A DNA stretch of 64,000 bases from Longimicrobiales bacterium (GCA_965202805.1 OZ241869.1:1536001-1600000), one strand, 5' to 3'. Counted from the stretch's first letter, positions 16,346-26,022 are shown. Translations and numbers: made by a program. Notes: generated by a model from the letters alone, not told the origin.

Positions 16346-18214
16346 TCAGGAGCCGTCCTCGCCCAGCGCCTGGGCCAGCGCCCCGCGCCCCCCCACGACG
16401 GGCAGCTCGAGGGCGGTTCCCGCCAGGTCGACGGTCAGACGGGTGCCGGGCTCGGGGTGGAGGGTGAAGTCGGCGTCGCTGGAGAAGATCATGAGCCCGA
16501 TACGATGGCCGGCCGGGATGATCTGGTCGTCCGGCTGAAGGTCGAAGGCGAGATCGACGAATTCGCCCGGCACCAGCGGCGTGCTCTCGGTGAGCGAGGC
16601 CGCGTTCTGCGGATCGGCCCAGCCCCGCGTGATCAGGTTGTCGTTGATGGCCGCGCCCTCGGTCCAGGGAAGCGACACCAGCCAGACCGAGAGGTTGGCG
16701 GCGGCGCGGTCGGCGGCGAGGCGGAGTGAAACGCGGGCGACGCCGGACAGGTGCACGCCGTCCGCGAGTTCGGGCGTCGCGAACAGCAACCGGTGCTCCG
16801 AGGCATCCGCCCCCGCCAGGTCGGCGCCGGAGAAGCTCACATCGTCGGTGAGCGATTGCTGCCCGACAGCCGGATCGGGTTCGAGCGATAGCATCCCCTG
16901 CATCCGTCCTTCGCCGGACGGGTGCACGCGCACGGACTCCGCGTCGGGGTGGGGATAGGAGGGATAGGGCGTGGGGCTCAGGCGATCGTCGCCCTCGCGC
17001 ACGATCCAGGCGCCCGGATCGTTCTCCACTCCGTTCTCGATTCCGTACAGATAACGGGAGAACCAGCGGTTCATGAGGGTGAGCGGCGGCTCGCCCCCGT
17101 GGCCCTGCTGGTGATAGTAGACCTGCACCGGCACGCCCCGGTCGGCCAGCGCGGCCACGATCCGGTAGCTGTGCTCGGGCATCACGTTCCAGTCGTTGAA
17201 GCCGTGCGCCATGAGGGTCGGGGCGCGCAAGCCGTCGACGTGGTTGAGGTAGTCGCGGCCCGCCCAGAAGTCGTTGTAGTCCCCCGAGGCGCGGTCGAAG
17301 CGGGCCTGCATGAGGTCGCTGCGCACCGTCCGGTTGCAGTAGTCGCGGCGCTCCATCGGGCCGCTGTTGATGAAGTCGTAGAGGACGTCGATGTCCTCGC
17401 CCGGATAGCCGCCCGGCGACCGCACCAGCCCATGCGATCGGTAGTAGTGGTAGTACGACGTGTTGGGGGCCACCGGAATGATGGCCTCGAGCCCCTCCAC
17501 CCCCGTCGTGGCGGCGGCGAGCGGCAGGGTGCCGTTGTAGGAGGTCCCGATCATGCCCACGCTGCCGGTGGACCAGTACGCGCTCACCTCCTCCCCGCCC
17601 TCGACCTCGGTGAAGCCGCGCGCGCGCCCGTTGAGCCAGTCGATCACCGCCTTGGGCGCCAGCGACTCGTTCTCGCCGCCCACCGTGGGGCAGCCCTGCG
17701 ACTGTCCCGTGCCGGGGGACTGCGAGTGCACCACCGCGAACCCGCGGGGCACCCAGGTGGCGATGTGCGAGTTCGAGATGACCGGCTGCTCCTCCATGTG
17801 GTCCATCGGGGGCATCACGGTGCGCGGCGGAGGCGGCGCGCCCACCTCCTGGCGGATGTCCCAGAAGTAGCTGAAGTCGAGCCCGCCGGTGCCGGAATAG
17901 TACGGGCTGGTCTCGTAGATCACGGCGACCTCGAGCCCGGACTCGGTCGCGGCGGGCCGGGTCACGTCGACATGCACCCGGTCGGAAGTGCCGTCCCCAT
18001 CGGAGTCGAAGTCGGTCTCGACCCAGAGTTCGTGCCGCACCCAGGTGGCCGAATCCGCGAACTCCGGGACGACCTGCGCCTCCCCGTCCTCGAAGACGGG
18101 CCGGGGCCCGTCGTAGCAGGCCGCGGCGGCGAGCAGCGGCAGGCCGCCGGTGAGTGCGCACGTCCGCGCGATGCGGAAGGGATTCGGGCGGGGGACGGGA
18201 GGGTTCTTCTTCAT
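16346..18214 (-). CDS. pepX: Xaa-Pro dipeptidyl-peptidase (S15/PepX, CocE/NonD family), probable lipoprotein
   Basis: VETDFDSDGDG, SPYY, AVIDWLNGRA, nucleophile GTSYNG, HGFNDWNV, ITRGWADPQN; lipobox LAAAAC. Confidence 0.82.
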   Translation of the reverse strand: MKKNPPVPRPNPFRIARTCALTGGLPLLAAAACYDGPRPVFEDGEAQVVPEFADSATWVRHELWVETDFDSDGDGTSDRVHVDVTRPAATESGLEVAVIYETSPYYSGTGGLDFSYFWDIRQEVGAPPPPRTVMPPMDHMEEQPVISNSHIATWVPRGFAVVHSQSPGTGQSQGCPTVGGENESLAPKAVIDWLNGRARGFTEVEGGEEVSAYWSTGSVGMIGTSYNGTLPLAAATTGVEGLEAIIPVAPNTSYYHYYRSHGLVRSPGGYPGEDIDVLYDFINSGPMERRDYCNRTVRSDLMQARFDRASGDYNDFWAGRDYLNHVDGLRAPTLMAHGFNDWNVMPEHSYRIVAALADRGVPVQVYYHQQGHGGEPPLTLMNRWFSRYLYGIENGVENDPGAWIVREGDDRLSPTPYPSYPHPDAESVRVHPSGEGRMQGMLSLEPDPAVGQQSLTDDVSFSGADLAGADASEHRLLFATPELADGVHLSGVARVSLRLAADRAAANLSVWLVSLPWTEGAAINDNLITRGWADPQNAASLTESTPLVPGEFVDLAFDLQPDDQIIPAGHRIGLMIFSSDADFTLHPEPGTRLTVDLAGTALELPVVGGRGALAQALGEDGS

Positions 18215-18265
18215 GGGCTCGGATCACCGGGGCGAGGGGGACCAGCGGGCCGATGGCCCGAAGAA

Positions 18266-18338
18266 TGGAGCCAGCCGGAATCGAACCGGCGACCTCCTGC
18301 GTGCAAAGCAGGCGCTCTCCCGACTGAGCTATGGCCCC
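18266..18338 (-). tRNA. tRNA-Ala (anticodon TGC), CCA not encoded
   Basis: Minus strand GGGGCCATAGCTCAGTCGGGAGAGCGCCTGCTTTGCACGCAGGAGGTCGCCGGTTCGATTCCGGCTGGCTCCA folds as a cloverleaf with G3:U70 Ala identity and a GTTCGA T-loop. Confidence 0.97.
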
Positions 18339-18546
18339 GTTGCAGAGCTGTGGTCCGGAGTTCGCAGATCTCCGCTCTCCCTGCCCCCGCCTCCAGTCCC
18401 GGGCGTGACCGGCAGGCAGGCGGGAATCTAGGAACGAGCGCCGATCCGTTCCAGTCTCGGGCCTGGGCGCCAGATCCGCGGCCCGGACGCGACGCGTCTC
18501 CGGCGGGGCTGCGCACGGCGTGGCGGGCACGGTATACTCTCGCATC

Positions 18547-19143
18547 ATGAGCGCCCCCCGCACATCCCTTCCGGGAGCCGTCTTCCTCGACCTCTACGGC
18601 ACGGTCGCGCGCGAGGTGGGCTACATCAACCACCCCGACCGCTTCCGCCTGCACGACTTTTCGGGCAAGGCGATCCGGCTGCTCAACCGGGCCGGCTACC
18701 GGGTATTCGTGGCCACCAACCAGTCGGGGATCACGCGCGGGTACTTCACCGAGGACGTGCTGAACGAGGTGCACCGGCGCCTGGTCGACGGTCTGGCGCG
18801 CGAGGGGGCCCGCGTGGAAGCCGTGTACCACTGCCCGCACCTGCCTGCCGAGGGACGGCCGACCGAGTGCGACTGCCGCAAGCCGCTCCCGGGGATGCTC
18901 CACAGGGCTGCGCGCGAGCACTCGGTGGAACTGGCCTCTTCCTGGATGGCCGGGGACATGATTACGGACGTGGAGACCGCACACGCCGCGGGAGCGCGGG
19001 GGATTCTGCTGCGCACCGGCTACGGGCGCGGCCAGATCGAGTACCAGCGCCACCGCTGGCGCGTCGAGCCCGACCTGATCTGCGACGACCTGCTCGCGGC
19101 CGCACACGCGATCGTGGCCGCGCTGCCGCAGGACCCGAGGTGA
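18547..19143 (+). CDS. gmhB: D,D-heptose 1,7-bisphosphate phosphatase-like HAD-IIIA hydrolase (motif I altered)
   Basis: AVFLDLYGT, VATNQSGI, YHCPH...CDCRKPLPGM, SWMAGDMITD; lies next to a heptose kinase. Confidence 0.8.
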   Translation: MSAPRTSLPGAVFLDLYGTVAREVGYINHPDRFRLHDFSGKAIRLLNRAGYRVFVATNQSGITRGYFTEDVLNEVHRRLVDGLAREGARVEAVYHCPHLPAEGRPTECDCRKPLPGMLHRAAREHSVELASSWMAGDMITDVETAHAAGARGILLRTGYGRGQIEYQRHRWRVEPDLICDDLLAAAHAIVAALPQDPR

Positions 19144-19150
19144 GGAGGAC

Positions 19151-20161
19151 ATGGACTCCGGCGATCAACTGAAGCGCCCGCGGGCGCAGGCGCTGAACGG
19201 CCTCGACGCACTTGCCGGACGCCGCATCCTGGTGGCGGGCGACTTTCTGCTCGACCGCTATCTCGTGGGACGGCCGACGCGCCTCTCCCGCGAGGCTCCC
19301 GTGGTCATCATCGAACAGGAGGATGACGATGTGAACCCGGGGGGCGCGGGGAACGCCACCCGCAACGTGCGCGCGCTGGGCGGGGAGCCGATCCCGCTGG
19401 GGCTGGTGGGAAAGGACCGGGAGGGAGATCAGGTGGTCGAACTGCTGCGGGCGGGCGGCATCGACACGCGCGGGATTCTTCGTGACCCGGAGCGCCGCAC
19501 CGTCACCAAAACCCGGATCCTCGCGGGAGCCGCCAATGCTGCCAAGCAGCAGGTGTTGCGGATCGACCAGGGCGGGGAATACGGCGCGAGCCGGATCGAC
19601 CGCCTCGTCCGGCGCGCGCGGGCACTGCTCCCCGAGGTGGACGCGGTGCTGCTCTCGGACTACGGGTACTCGACGCTGGCGCCACCGGTGCGTTCCTCCC
19701 TGATCGAAGGGGCGCGCGCGCGCGGCATCCCTTCGTGCGCGGATTCGCGCTACCGGCTGTCCGAGTTCCGGGGCGTCACAGTGGCGACCCCGAACGAGGA
19801 GGAGCTGGCTGCGGTCCTGGGACGCGTCCTGCGCGGTGACTCGGACGTGGCCACGGCGGGGCGGGAGCTCCTGAGCCGCCTCGATTCGCGCGCCATGGTG
19901 GTCACGCGCGGAAGCCGGGGGATGACCGTCTTCGAGGGCACGGGACACTGCCGGAACATCCCGCCCGCCCGCCGGGGAGAGGTGGCGGATGTGACCGGCG
20001 CGGGCGACACCGTGGCGAGCGCGCTGGTACTGGCGCTCGCAGCGGGGTTCGAAACCCTCAGCGCGGCGGTGCTCGCCAATGCGGCCGCTTCGGTGGTCGT
20101 CGGACGGCGGGGGGCCGCGACGGCCGGGCCCGCAGAAGTGGCTCGGGCGTTGCGGGCCTGA
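19151..20161 (+). CDS. rfaE: D-glycero-beta-D-manno-heptose-7-phosphate kinase (HldE/RfaE domain I, PfkB family)
   Basis: LVAGDFLLDRY...RLSREAPV, PGGAGNA, TVTKTRI, LSDYGY, TPNEEE, DVTGAGDT. Confidence 0.85.
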   Translation: MDSGDQLKRPRAQALNGLDALAGRRILVAGDFLLDRYLVGRPTRLSREAPVVIIEQEDDDVNPGGAGNATRNVRALGGEPIPLGLVGKDREGDQVVELLRAGGIDTRGILRDPERRTVTKTRILAGAANAAKQQVLRIDQGGEYGASRIDRLVRRARALLPEVDAVLLSDYGYSTLAPPVRSSLIEGARARGIPSCADSRYRLSEFRGVTVATPNEEELAAVLGRVLRGDSDVATAGRELLSRLDSRAMVVTRGSRGMTVFEGTGHCRNIPPARRGEVADVTGAGDTVASALVLALAAGFETLSAAVLANAAASVVVGRRGAATAGPAEVARALRA

Positions 20162-20177
20162 TCGGAATCGTCTCGTA

Positions 20178-20204
20178 TGGACTTAGTCCACTGGACTAAG
20201 TCTA
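20178..20204. repeat. Tandem 13-bp palindrome TGGACTWAGTCnn (14-bp period), copy 1
   Basis: TGGACTTAGTCCA-C-TGGACTAAGTCTA; a second copy lies at 63114-63140. Confidence 0.75.
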
Positions 20205-20281
20205 ATGCGTGCGTGGCGCGGAGTCCCAACACCAGGGGCGGACGGCAGCCAGAGCAGCGGGGCCGTGGCGCACCACCGCCC

Positions 20282-20698
20282 TCACAGCATGATCACGACG
20301 ACGAGCGCCTCCCACAGGGGCGTGGCGGGCGACGAGACGACTCCATCGATGTGATCCCCGTGCCATCTGAAGCCGCAAGGGAGGGAGGATCCTTCGACCG
20401 GATCGATGCTCATGTAGGGGCTTTCCGCATTCTCCCGGACGTAGCAGCCGATCCACATCCAGGGGACACGGTCCATGTCTCCGGCTTCCGGAAAAAGATG
20501 TCCGATGCCGATCCCGGCCCGGCTGAGCTGCCCCTTGAAGGCGTAGCGGAAGCCGACGAAATCCGCGGGGCCTTCGTATCCCGCCGGCACAGCGGCGGGC
20601 TCGAGATCCCCGGATACCCGCGGGATGTCCTGGGACCCCGCAGGATCCTCGCCACAGGCAACAGCCAGCAGCAGGACGACGGTCCAGATCCTCCTCAC
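20282..20698 (-). CDS. Small hypothetical lipoprotein
   Basis: GTG start overlaps the amidase stop (GTGA); [15 protein letters not shown] lipobox; 138 aa. Confidence 0.55.
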   Translation of the reverse strand: MRRIWTVVLLLAVACGEDPAGSQDIPRVSGDLEPAAVPAGYEGPADFVGFRYAFKGQLSRAGIGIGHLFPEAGDMDRVPWMWIGCYVRENAESPYMSIDPVEGSSLPCGFRWHGDHIDGVVSSPATPLWEALVVVIML

Positions 20699-22422
20699 GC
20701 CTCCACCGCCCGGGCCGCGCGCACGAGCGTGGCCTCGTCCCAGGGCTTCGCCACGAGCTGCACCGCGAGCGGCAGGCCGTGTTCGCCATCGCCGCAGGGT
20801 ACGCTGATCGCGGGCCAGCCGAGCGCGTTGAACAGATTCGTGAGGTCGGTGGAGGCGGGCATATCCAATAATGGGGCCACACCGGGCTGACAGGGCAAGC
20901 TCAGCAGGTCGACGTGGCGGCACGCGGCATCCCACCGCCCCCGGATCCAGTGCCTGAGCCGCTGCGCCCCGAGAAAGTCCTGGGCCGAGAAGGTGAAGGC
21001 GGCCACCAGGCGACCACGACAGAACTCGCCGTAGTCGTCGTAGTGCGCCCTCAGCAACGGCGCGTGATGCGCGGCGGCCTCCACGCCCAGCGTGAGCACG
21101 GCAACCTGACGCAGCATGTGGATCTCGTCGAGGTCGACCTCCACCAGGGTTGCGCCGGCCCGCTCCAGCGCACGGTTGGCGCGCGCCCAGGAACGCGAGG
21201 CTGCATCCTGAAGGGGCGCGCCGAGATGCAGGTCCCCGGGCACGCCGACGCGCAGACCGGACAAGCCGGCGCGCGAACGGCGCGGGCCTCCCACCGGGTC
21301 GCCGGTCAAGTCGGCCGCCACGAGAGGCGGGGCCGGTAGCGTGCGCGCGTCGCGCGGGTCGAGTCCCGCGATGGCGCCGAGCACGAGCGCGGCATCCTCG
21401 ACGCTGCGCGCGAGGGGGCCCACATGGTCGAGGGACCAGGCCAGCGTCGCGCAACCGTAGAGGCTCGCGCGCCCGAAGGTGGGCTTGAGCCCCACCACCC
21501 CGCACAGCGCCGCCGGGATGCGGATCGAACCCCCCGTGTCCGTGCCCAGGGCCGCGTACACCATGCCGCGCGCCACCGCCGCCGCCGACCCGCTGCTCGA
21601 CCCGCCCGCGTCGCGGGTGGGGTCGCGGGGGTTCGGGGTGGGGCCGTAGTGGGGGTTGGTCGACCCCGGCCAGTACGCGAATTCCGAAAGCCGGGTCTTG
21701 CCCACGATGACCGCCCCCGCCGCGCGCAGGTGCTCCACCGCGGCCGCGTCGTGGCCGGTGACGTGTTCCGCAAGGATTCTCGATCCGGAGGTGGTGACCG
21801 TGTCCCTCATGGCCAGGAGATCCTTGACCGCGACGGGAACCCCGTGCAGCGGTCCGCGCCATCTGCCGCCCGCCACCTCATCCTCCGCGCGACGCGCCGC
21901 CGCCCGCGCCTCCTCCGCAAGCACCAGTTGAAAGGCGTTGGCCCGGCCGTCGTCCTCCTCGATCCGGGTGAGCGCATGCTCGGTCAGTTCTACGGGCGAG
22001 ACCGCACCGGCGCGTACCAGTGGCGCAAGCTCGGCGATGGTCGCGGGCCAGCGCTCGCGACCGTCCCACCCCGGCGGCGAGGGTCGCAGATGCATTTGCG
22101 CGGCCTTTCCCGTGTCGGTGTCCCGTGCTTCATGGCACGCGGAGTCGGCTCCAGCGCGAGCGGCTGTCGGGGGCGTCCCCGCAGCCAAGCCCTTGGCCGG
22201 CTCGTCATCCCCCGGAGCATCGGGTCCGGCAAGCGACCATCCCGACAGGTAGTCCGGAATGCAGTCGTCCCCCGCCGCGAGGAAGGCGCGAAAGACGGCC
22301 GCCCGGTCCGTAATGCCCTCCGCCACCACCCGCTCGATGTCCTCCTCCCGGGCCGGAATGCCCGCCGCGCGCAGGTTCGCCCGCAGACCCTGTACGGCGA
22401 GGTCCCTATCGCGTGAAGACAC
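20695..22422 (-). CDS. Amidase signature family enzyme (GatA-like amidase)
   Basis: [42 protein letters not shown]. Confidence 0.88.
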   Translation of the reverse strand: MSSRDRDLAVQGLRANLRAAGIPAREEDIERVVAEGITDRAAVFRAFLAAGDDCIPDYLSGWSLAGPDAPGDDEPAKGLAAGTPPTAARAGADSACHEARDTDTGKAAQMHLRPSPPGWDGRERWPATIAELAPLVRAGAVSPVELTEHALTRIEEDDGRANAFQLVLAEEARAAARRAEDEVAGGRWRGPLHGVPVAVKDLLAMRDTVTTSGSRILAEHVTGHDAAAVEHLRAAGAVIVGKTRLSEFAYWPGSTNPHYGPTPNPRDPTRDAGGSSSGSAAAVARGMVYAALGTDTGGSIRIPAALCGVVGLKPTFGRASLYGCATLAWSLDHVGPLARSVEDAALVLGAIAGLDPRDARTLPAPPLVAADLTGDPVGGPRRSRAGLSGLRVGVPGDLHLGAPLQDAASRSWARANRALERAGATLVEVDLDEIHMLRQVAVLTLGVEAAAHHAPLLRAHYDDYGEFCRGRLVAAFTFSAQDFLGAQRLRHWIRGRWDAACRHVDLLSLPCQPGVAPLLDMPASTDLTNLFNALGWPAISVPCGDGEHGLPLAVQLVAKPWDEATLVRAARAVEA

Positions 22423-23326
22423 TGCGGACGACGAAACCCAGGTTGGCGGGCCGCTCCGCCAGACGACGCATGTACCACGGATACCAGTGCGGCCCGTAGC
22501 TGATGAGCACCCGCACGGGGATCCCCCGGCGCCTCAGCGCCAGTTGCTCGCGCGCCCGGATCCCGTAGAGCATCTGCACCTCGACCGCGTCCGCGGGCAA
22601 GCCCATCTCCCGTGCTTCGTCCAGGATGCGGCCGAGCACGACGGTGTCGTGGGTTGCGAGCCCGTGGGGCGCGGCGGGATTCGCGTTCTCGAGCATCATC
22701 CGGGTCAGGACCATGAAGTTCTCGTCCACATCCGGCTTGCGGGGCCAGGCGATGTCGGCCGGTTCCTGATAGGCTCCCTTCACCAGCCGCAGACGGGCGC
22801 CCAGCGCGAGCAGCCGCTCGACGTCCGCGGCCGTGCGGTACAGGTAGGCCTGTACGCAGAGGCCGAGGTTGGGATGTCGGGCCAGCGTGGCGGTGAAGAT
22901 GTCCAGCGTCTCGTCGAGATAGGGCGACGCCTCCATGTCCACCCAGACGACGTTCCCATGCTCCGCCGCCGCAGCCGCCAGCCGTTCCAGATTGGCCTGC
23001 GCCACTTCGTGCCCCAGGTCCTGGCCAAGCTGGGTCAGCTTGATGGAGATCTGGCTGCTGAGCTCCCTTTCGGCGATGCGTCCCAGCAATCGCAGATAGT
23101 GTTGCACGACGTCCTCGATCTCGTCCCGGTCGTCAAGGGCTTCGCCGAGCTTTGTGAATACCGTCGAGATGTCGTGCTCGCCGAGTCGCCGGGCGGCCTC
23201 GAGCGCCGCGTTCGCGGTCTCGCCCGGCATGAAGCGCGAGACCGCCCGGCGGGCGAACGCGCGACGCCGCATCTGGCGCTCCAGCCACGCGTTCTCGGAG
23301 GCCCAGAGCAGAGCCTGGCGCAGCAT
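22406..23326 (-). CDS. Monofunctional proline dehydrogenase
   Basis: SRFMPGE, ISIKLTQLG, VDME, VQAYLYR, RLVKGAYQEP, ATHD, QMLYGIR, SYGPHWYPWYMRRLAERPAN. Confidence 0.92.
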   Translation of the reverse strand: MLRQALLWASENAWLERQMRRRAFARRAVSRFMPGETANAALEAARRLGEHDISTVFTKLGEALDDRDEIEDVVQHYLRLLGRIAERELSSQISIKLTQLGQDLGHEVAQANLERLAAAAAEHGNVVWVDMEASPYLDETLDIFTATLARHPNLGLCVQAYLYRTAADVERLLALGARLRLVKGAYQEPADIAWPRKPDVDENFMVLTRMMLENANPAAPHGLATHDTVVLGRILDEAREMGLPADAVEVQMLYGIRAREQLALRRRGIPVRVLISYGPHWYPWYMRRLAERPANLGFVVRSVFTR

Positions 23327-23328
23327 GG

Positions 23329-23391
23329 TCAGTTCGACTCCCGGGTTTGCGCGCAGCGAGGTCGCGGCGCGGGATCGGCTTCGTCGGGCAC
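23329..23391 (-). CDS. Candidate 20-aa leader peptide MPDEADPAPRPRCAQTRESN upstream of proline dehydrogenase
   Basis: AGGAGGTGA SD (23397-23405) 5 nt before GTG; TGA lies 2 nt before the ProDH ATG. Confidence 0.35.
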   Translation of the reverse strand: MPDEADPAPRPRCAQTRESN

Positions 23392-23426
23392 CCTGGTCAC
23401 CTCCTGATGTGGCGCGAAGGTGAGGC

Positions 23427-23455
23427 AGTATACGCCGGCTTGTCAGGTCGGCCAA
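23427..23455 (-). promoter_or_regulatory. Sigma70-like promoter of the ProDH-amidase operon
   Basis: TTGGCC-N17-TATACT on the minus strand. Confidence 0.5.
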
Positions 23456-23483
23456 GTCAGCTGCCCTGGGTTCTTCACCTCTC

Positions 23484-23499
23484 CGGCACCATTCGTGCA
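23484..23499 (+). promoter_or_regulatory. Possible sigma54 (-24/-12) promoter upstream of the spondin gene
   Basis: CGGCAC-CATTC-GTGCA, GG-N10-GC spacing. Confidence 0.3.
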
Positions 23500-23636
23500 A
23501 GCTCCCTGCAATAGACGTGTGTCGGACTGATGCGGAGCGCCGGTTGTCTTCGGATCAGGTTGCCAGACCGTGTCCGCAAGAGACATCGACGCTCCCCGGA
23601 AGTCGTGAACATTCACCGAAACCACAGGGAGCCAGA

Positions 23637-25019
23637 ATGATGACATTTGCCAGACGACTCGCGATCAACGCACTCGCTGGAGCCGTGATACTCGGAGCAT
23701 GCGACGACGACGAGGTTACGCCGGTCGAACCACCGGCAGCCGAGGCGACCACGTTCGAGGTCACCATCGAGAACGTCTCCACATCCTACGATTTCCTCGG
23801 GTCCGGCGTATTCGCCATCCCCGACGGTGCGGACGCGCCCGGTCCGCTTCATGCGGGCGAGGACTACCATTTCGACTTCGCGGCCGCGCCCGGCATGTAC
23901 CTTTCCTTCGCAACCATGTTCGTGCATTCGAACGACTACTTCTACGCGCCCGGCGGCCGTGGAATCCCCCTTTACGAAGCCGATGGCATCCCGATGGAGG
24001 GCGACCTGACGGACCAGGTCATGCTCTGGGACGCCGGGACTGAAGCCAACCAGGAGCCCGGATCCGGAGTCGATCAGGCACCGCGGCAGACGGGGCTCGA
24101 TACAGGTGATGCCGATCCTGACAACACGGTGCGGCTGGTGACCGACATGTTCGGGAATCTGCCGGACGTGGCCGACGTCATCCAGGTCACGCTGGAGGCG
24201 AAGGGCCGTGGCATGTTCCATCTTCGCATCAGGAACGTCAGCAACGAGACCACGCTGACGACCACGGACATGATGGTCCTTCCGGACGTCCCGCTCGCGC
24301 CGGGCGTGTGGGTGGTGCACAGCGAGCGGGATCCGATCTTCACGGAGGGCGAGGCGGACCGCGGGGAGGGTCTCGAGGGACTTGCCGAAGACGGCACCGC
24401 GGGCGAGCTGGCCGAAGCCCTGACAGCGCGCACCGGACTGACCAGCCCGATCGCACCAGGTGTCTTCGCGGTTCACACCGGCGCGGGCGTCCTCTTCGAT
24501 GATGGAGCGGCGGCGAGCGACGGCATGGAATCCCTCGCCGAGGACGGTGAACCGGAGAGGCTCGCCGACGAGCTGGCAGCCCTGGACGGAGTGGCGTCGG
24601 GGGCCTTCGCCACGCCCGTGGGAGGGGATGCTCCCGCTCCGGCATTCCCCGGTGAGAGCTACACCTTCACCTTCGAGGCGAACCCGGGCGACTACCTCTC
24701 CTTCGCCACCATGCTGGTCCAGTCCAACGACCTCTTCTTCGCACCCGACGAGCGCGGCGTCGGCCTTTTCGGCGCTGGCGACGAGCCCATCAGCGGCGAC
24801 GTCACCGACGAAGTCCAGCTGTGGGATGCGGGCACCGAGGTCAACGAGCCGCCGGGCGCCGGTCCCAACCAGGCGCCGCGTCAGGCCGGCCCGGATACCG
24901 GAGACGCCGAAGAGGGCGGTACAGTCCACGAGGTCGACGTGATGATGTCCGCCGACGGGTTCCATTACCCCGCCATCGCCGATGTCATCCGGGTGACGAT
25001 TCGTGCCCTGAGCAACTGA
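23637..25019 (+). CDS. Lipoprotein with two tandem Spondin_N domains
   Basis: Lipobox ILGAC; two copies of SFATM..(H/Q)SND.F.AP...WDAGTE.N..PG.G..QAPRQ.G.DTG. Confidence 0.85.
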   Translation: MMTFARRLAINALAGAVILGACDDDEVTPVEPPAAEATTFEVTIENVSTSYDFLGSGVFAIPDGADAPGPLHAGEDYHFDFAAAPGMYLSFATMFVHSNDYFYAPGGRGIPLYEADGIPMEGDLTDQVMLWDAGTEANQEPGSGVDQAPRQTGLDTGDADPDNTVRLVTDMFGNLPDVADVIQVTLEAKGRGMFHLRIRNVSNETTLTTTDMMVLPDVPLAPGVWVVHSERDPIFTEGEADRGEGLEGLAEDGTAGELAEALTARTGLTSPIAPGVFAVHTGAGVLFDDGAAASDGMESLAEDGEPERLADELAALDGVASGAFATPVGGDAPAPAFPGESYTFTFEANPGDYLSFATMLVQSNDLFFAPDERGVGLFGAGDEPISGDVTDEVQLWDAGTEVNEPPGAGPNQAPRQAGPDTGDAEEGGTVHEVDVMMSADGFHYPAIADVIRVTIRALSN

Positions 25020-25208
25020 TCCCTGAACGATTCCGCCGCCAACGTCGCCGGGAATCCATCCGGCCGGCCGTCCCGGGGCTTCCGGGGCGGCCGGCCGTTT
25101 CCCGCGGTGCGGACCGCGCCTCTGTCCCCGCGTCACGCCTCCCCCCGAGTGCGGGTCCCCCTCCACGCTCATCTGGAGCCGTGACCCGTCTCCGCATACG
25201 TTGGGGCC

Positions 25209-25973
25209 ATGTTCAGGACCCTGCTTCTCGAAGAGATGACCTGGCCCGAGGTGGAGGCGGCGCTGGCCGACGGGTACACGTCGGTCGTGGTGGCCGCGGG
25301 CGCGATCGAGCAGCACGGCAGGCACCTGCCGCTGCTGGTGGATGCGGCGCGCGGCGACCGGCTGGCGCTCGAGGTGGCGCGCCGCCTGGGGCGCAGCCTT
25401 GTGGGGCCCACGATCCGCGTGGGCTGCTCCGAGCACCACATGGGCTTCCCGGGCACGATTTCGCTCCGTGGTGACACCTTCAAGGCGGTTTGCCTCGACT
25501 ACGTGACCAGCCTCGCGCGCCACGGCTTCCGCACCGTGTACCTGGTGCCGTCCCATGGGGGCAACTTCGCGCCCCTCGCGACCATGCTGGAGGAGCTTCG
25601 GACCGCGGGCGCGCCCGAGTGCGAGGTGTACGCCTACACCGACCTGATGGAGTTCGTGGGTTTGTGGGTGGGAGCGGTGCGGGAGGTGGCGCCCGAACTC
25701 ACCCGGCGGGTGGGCGGGCACGCCGACATCGCGGAAAGTTCGGAGATGCTCTGCATCCGGCCCGACCTGGTGCGGGAGGAGCTGGCTGAGGCGGGGTATG
25801 TCGGCGGCTTCGACGCGGCGCTGGCGGAGCGGATCTTCGGGGAGGGGTTGCGCGCGGTCACTGCCAACGGAGTACTGGGAGACCCCCGCGGGATGAGCCG
25901 CGAGATCGGGGAGCGGTGCATCGCGCGGGCGGCCGAAGGAATTGTGGCGGCGTTCCGGGCCGTCCGTGGATGA
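25209..25973 (+). CDS. Creatininase/creatinine amidohydrolase family protein
   Basis: EEMTWPEV, GAIEQHGRHLPL..D, SEHHMGFPGTISL, SHGGN, GGHADIAESS. Confidence 0.88.
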   Translation: MFRTLLLEEMTWPEVEAALADGYTSVVVAAGAIEQHGRHLPLLVDAARGDRLALEVARRLGRSLVGPTIRVGCSEHHMGFPGTISLRGDTFKAVCLDYVTSLARHGFRTVYLVPSHGGNFAPLATMLEELRTAGAPECEVYAYTDLMEFVGLWVGAVREVAPELTRRVGGHADIAESSEMLCIRPDLVREELAEAGYVGGFDAALAERIFGEGLRAVTANGVLGDPRGMSREIGERCIARAAEGIVAAFRAVRG

Positions 25974-26022
25974 ATCCGCGCGCGTACTGCGAGAGGCGGG
26001 TTCGTCCGGGGGCTGCCGCGGG

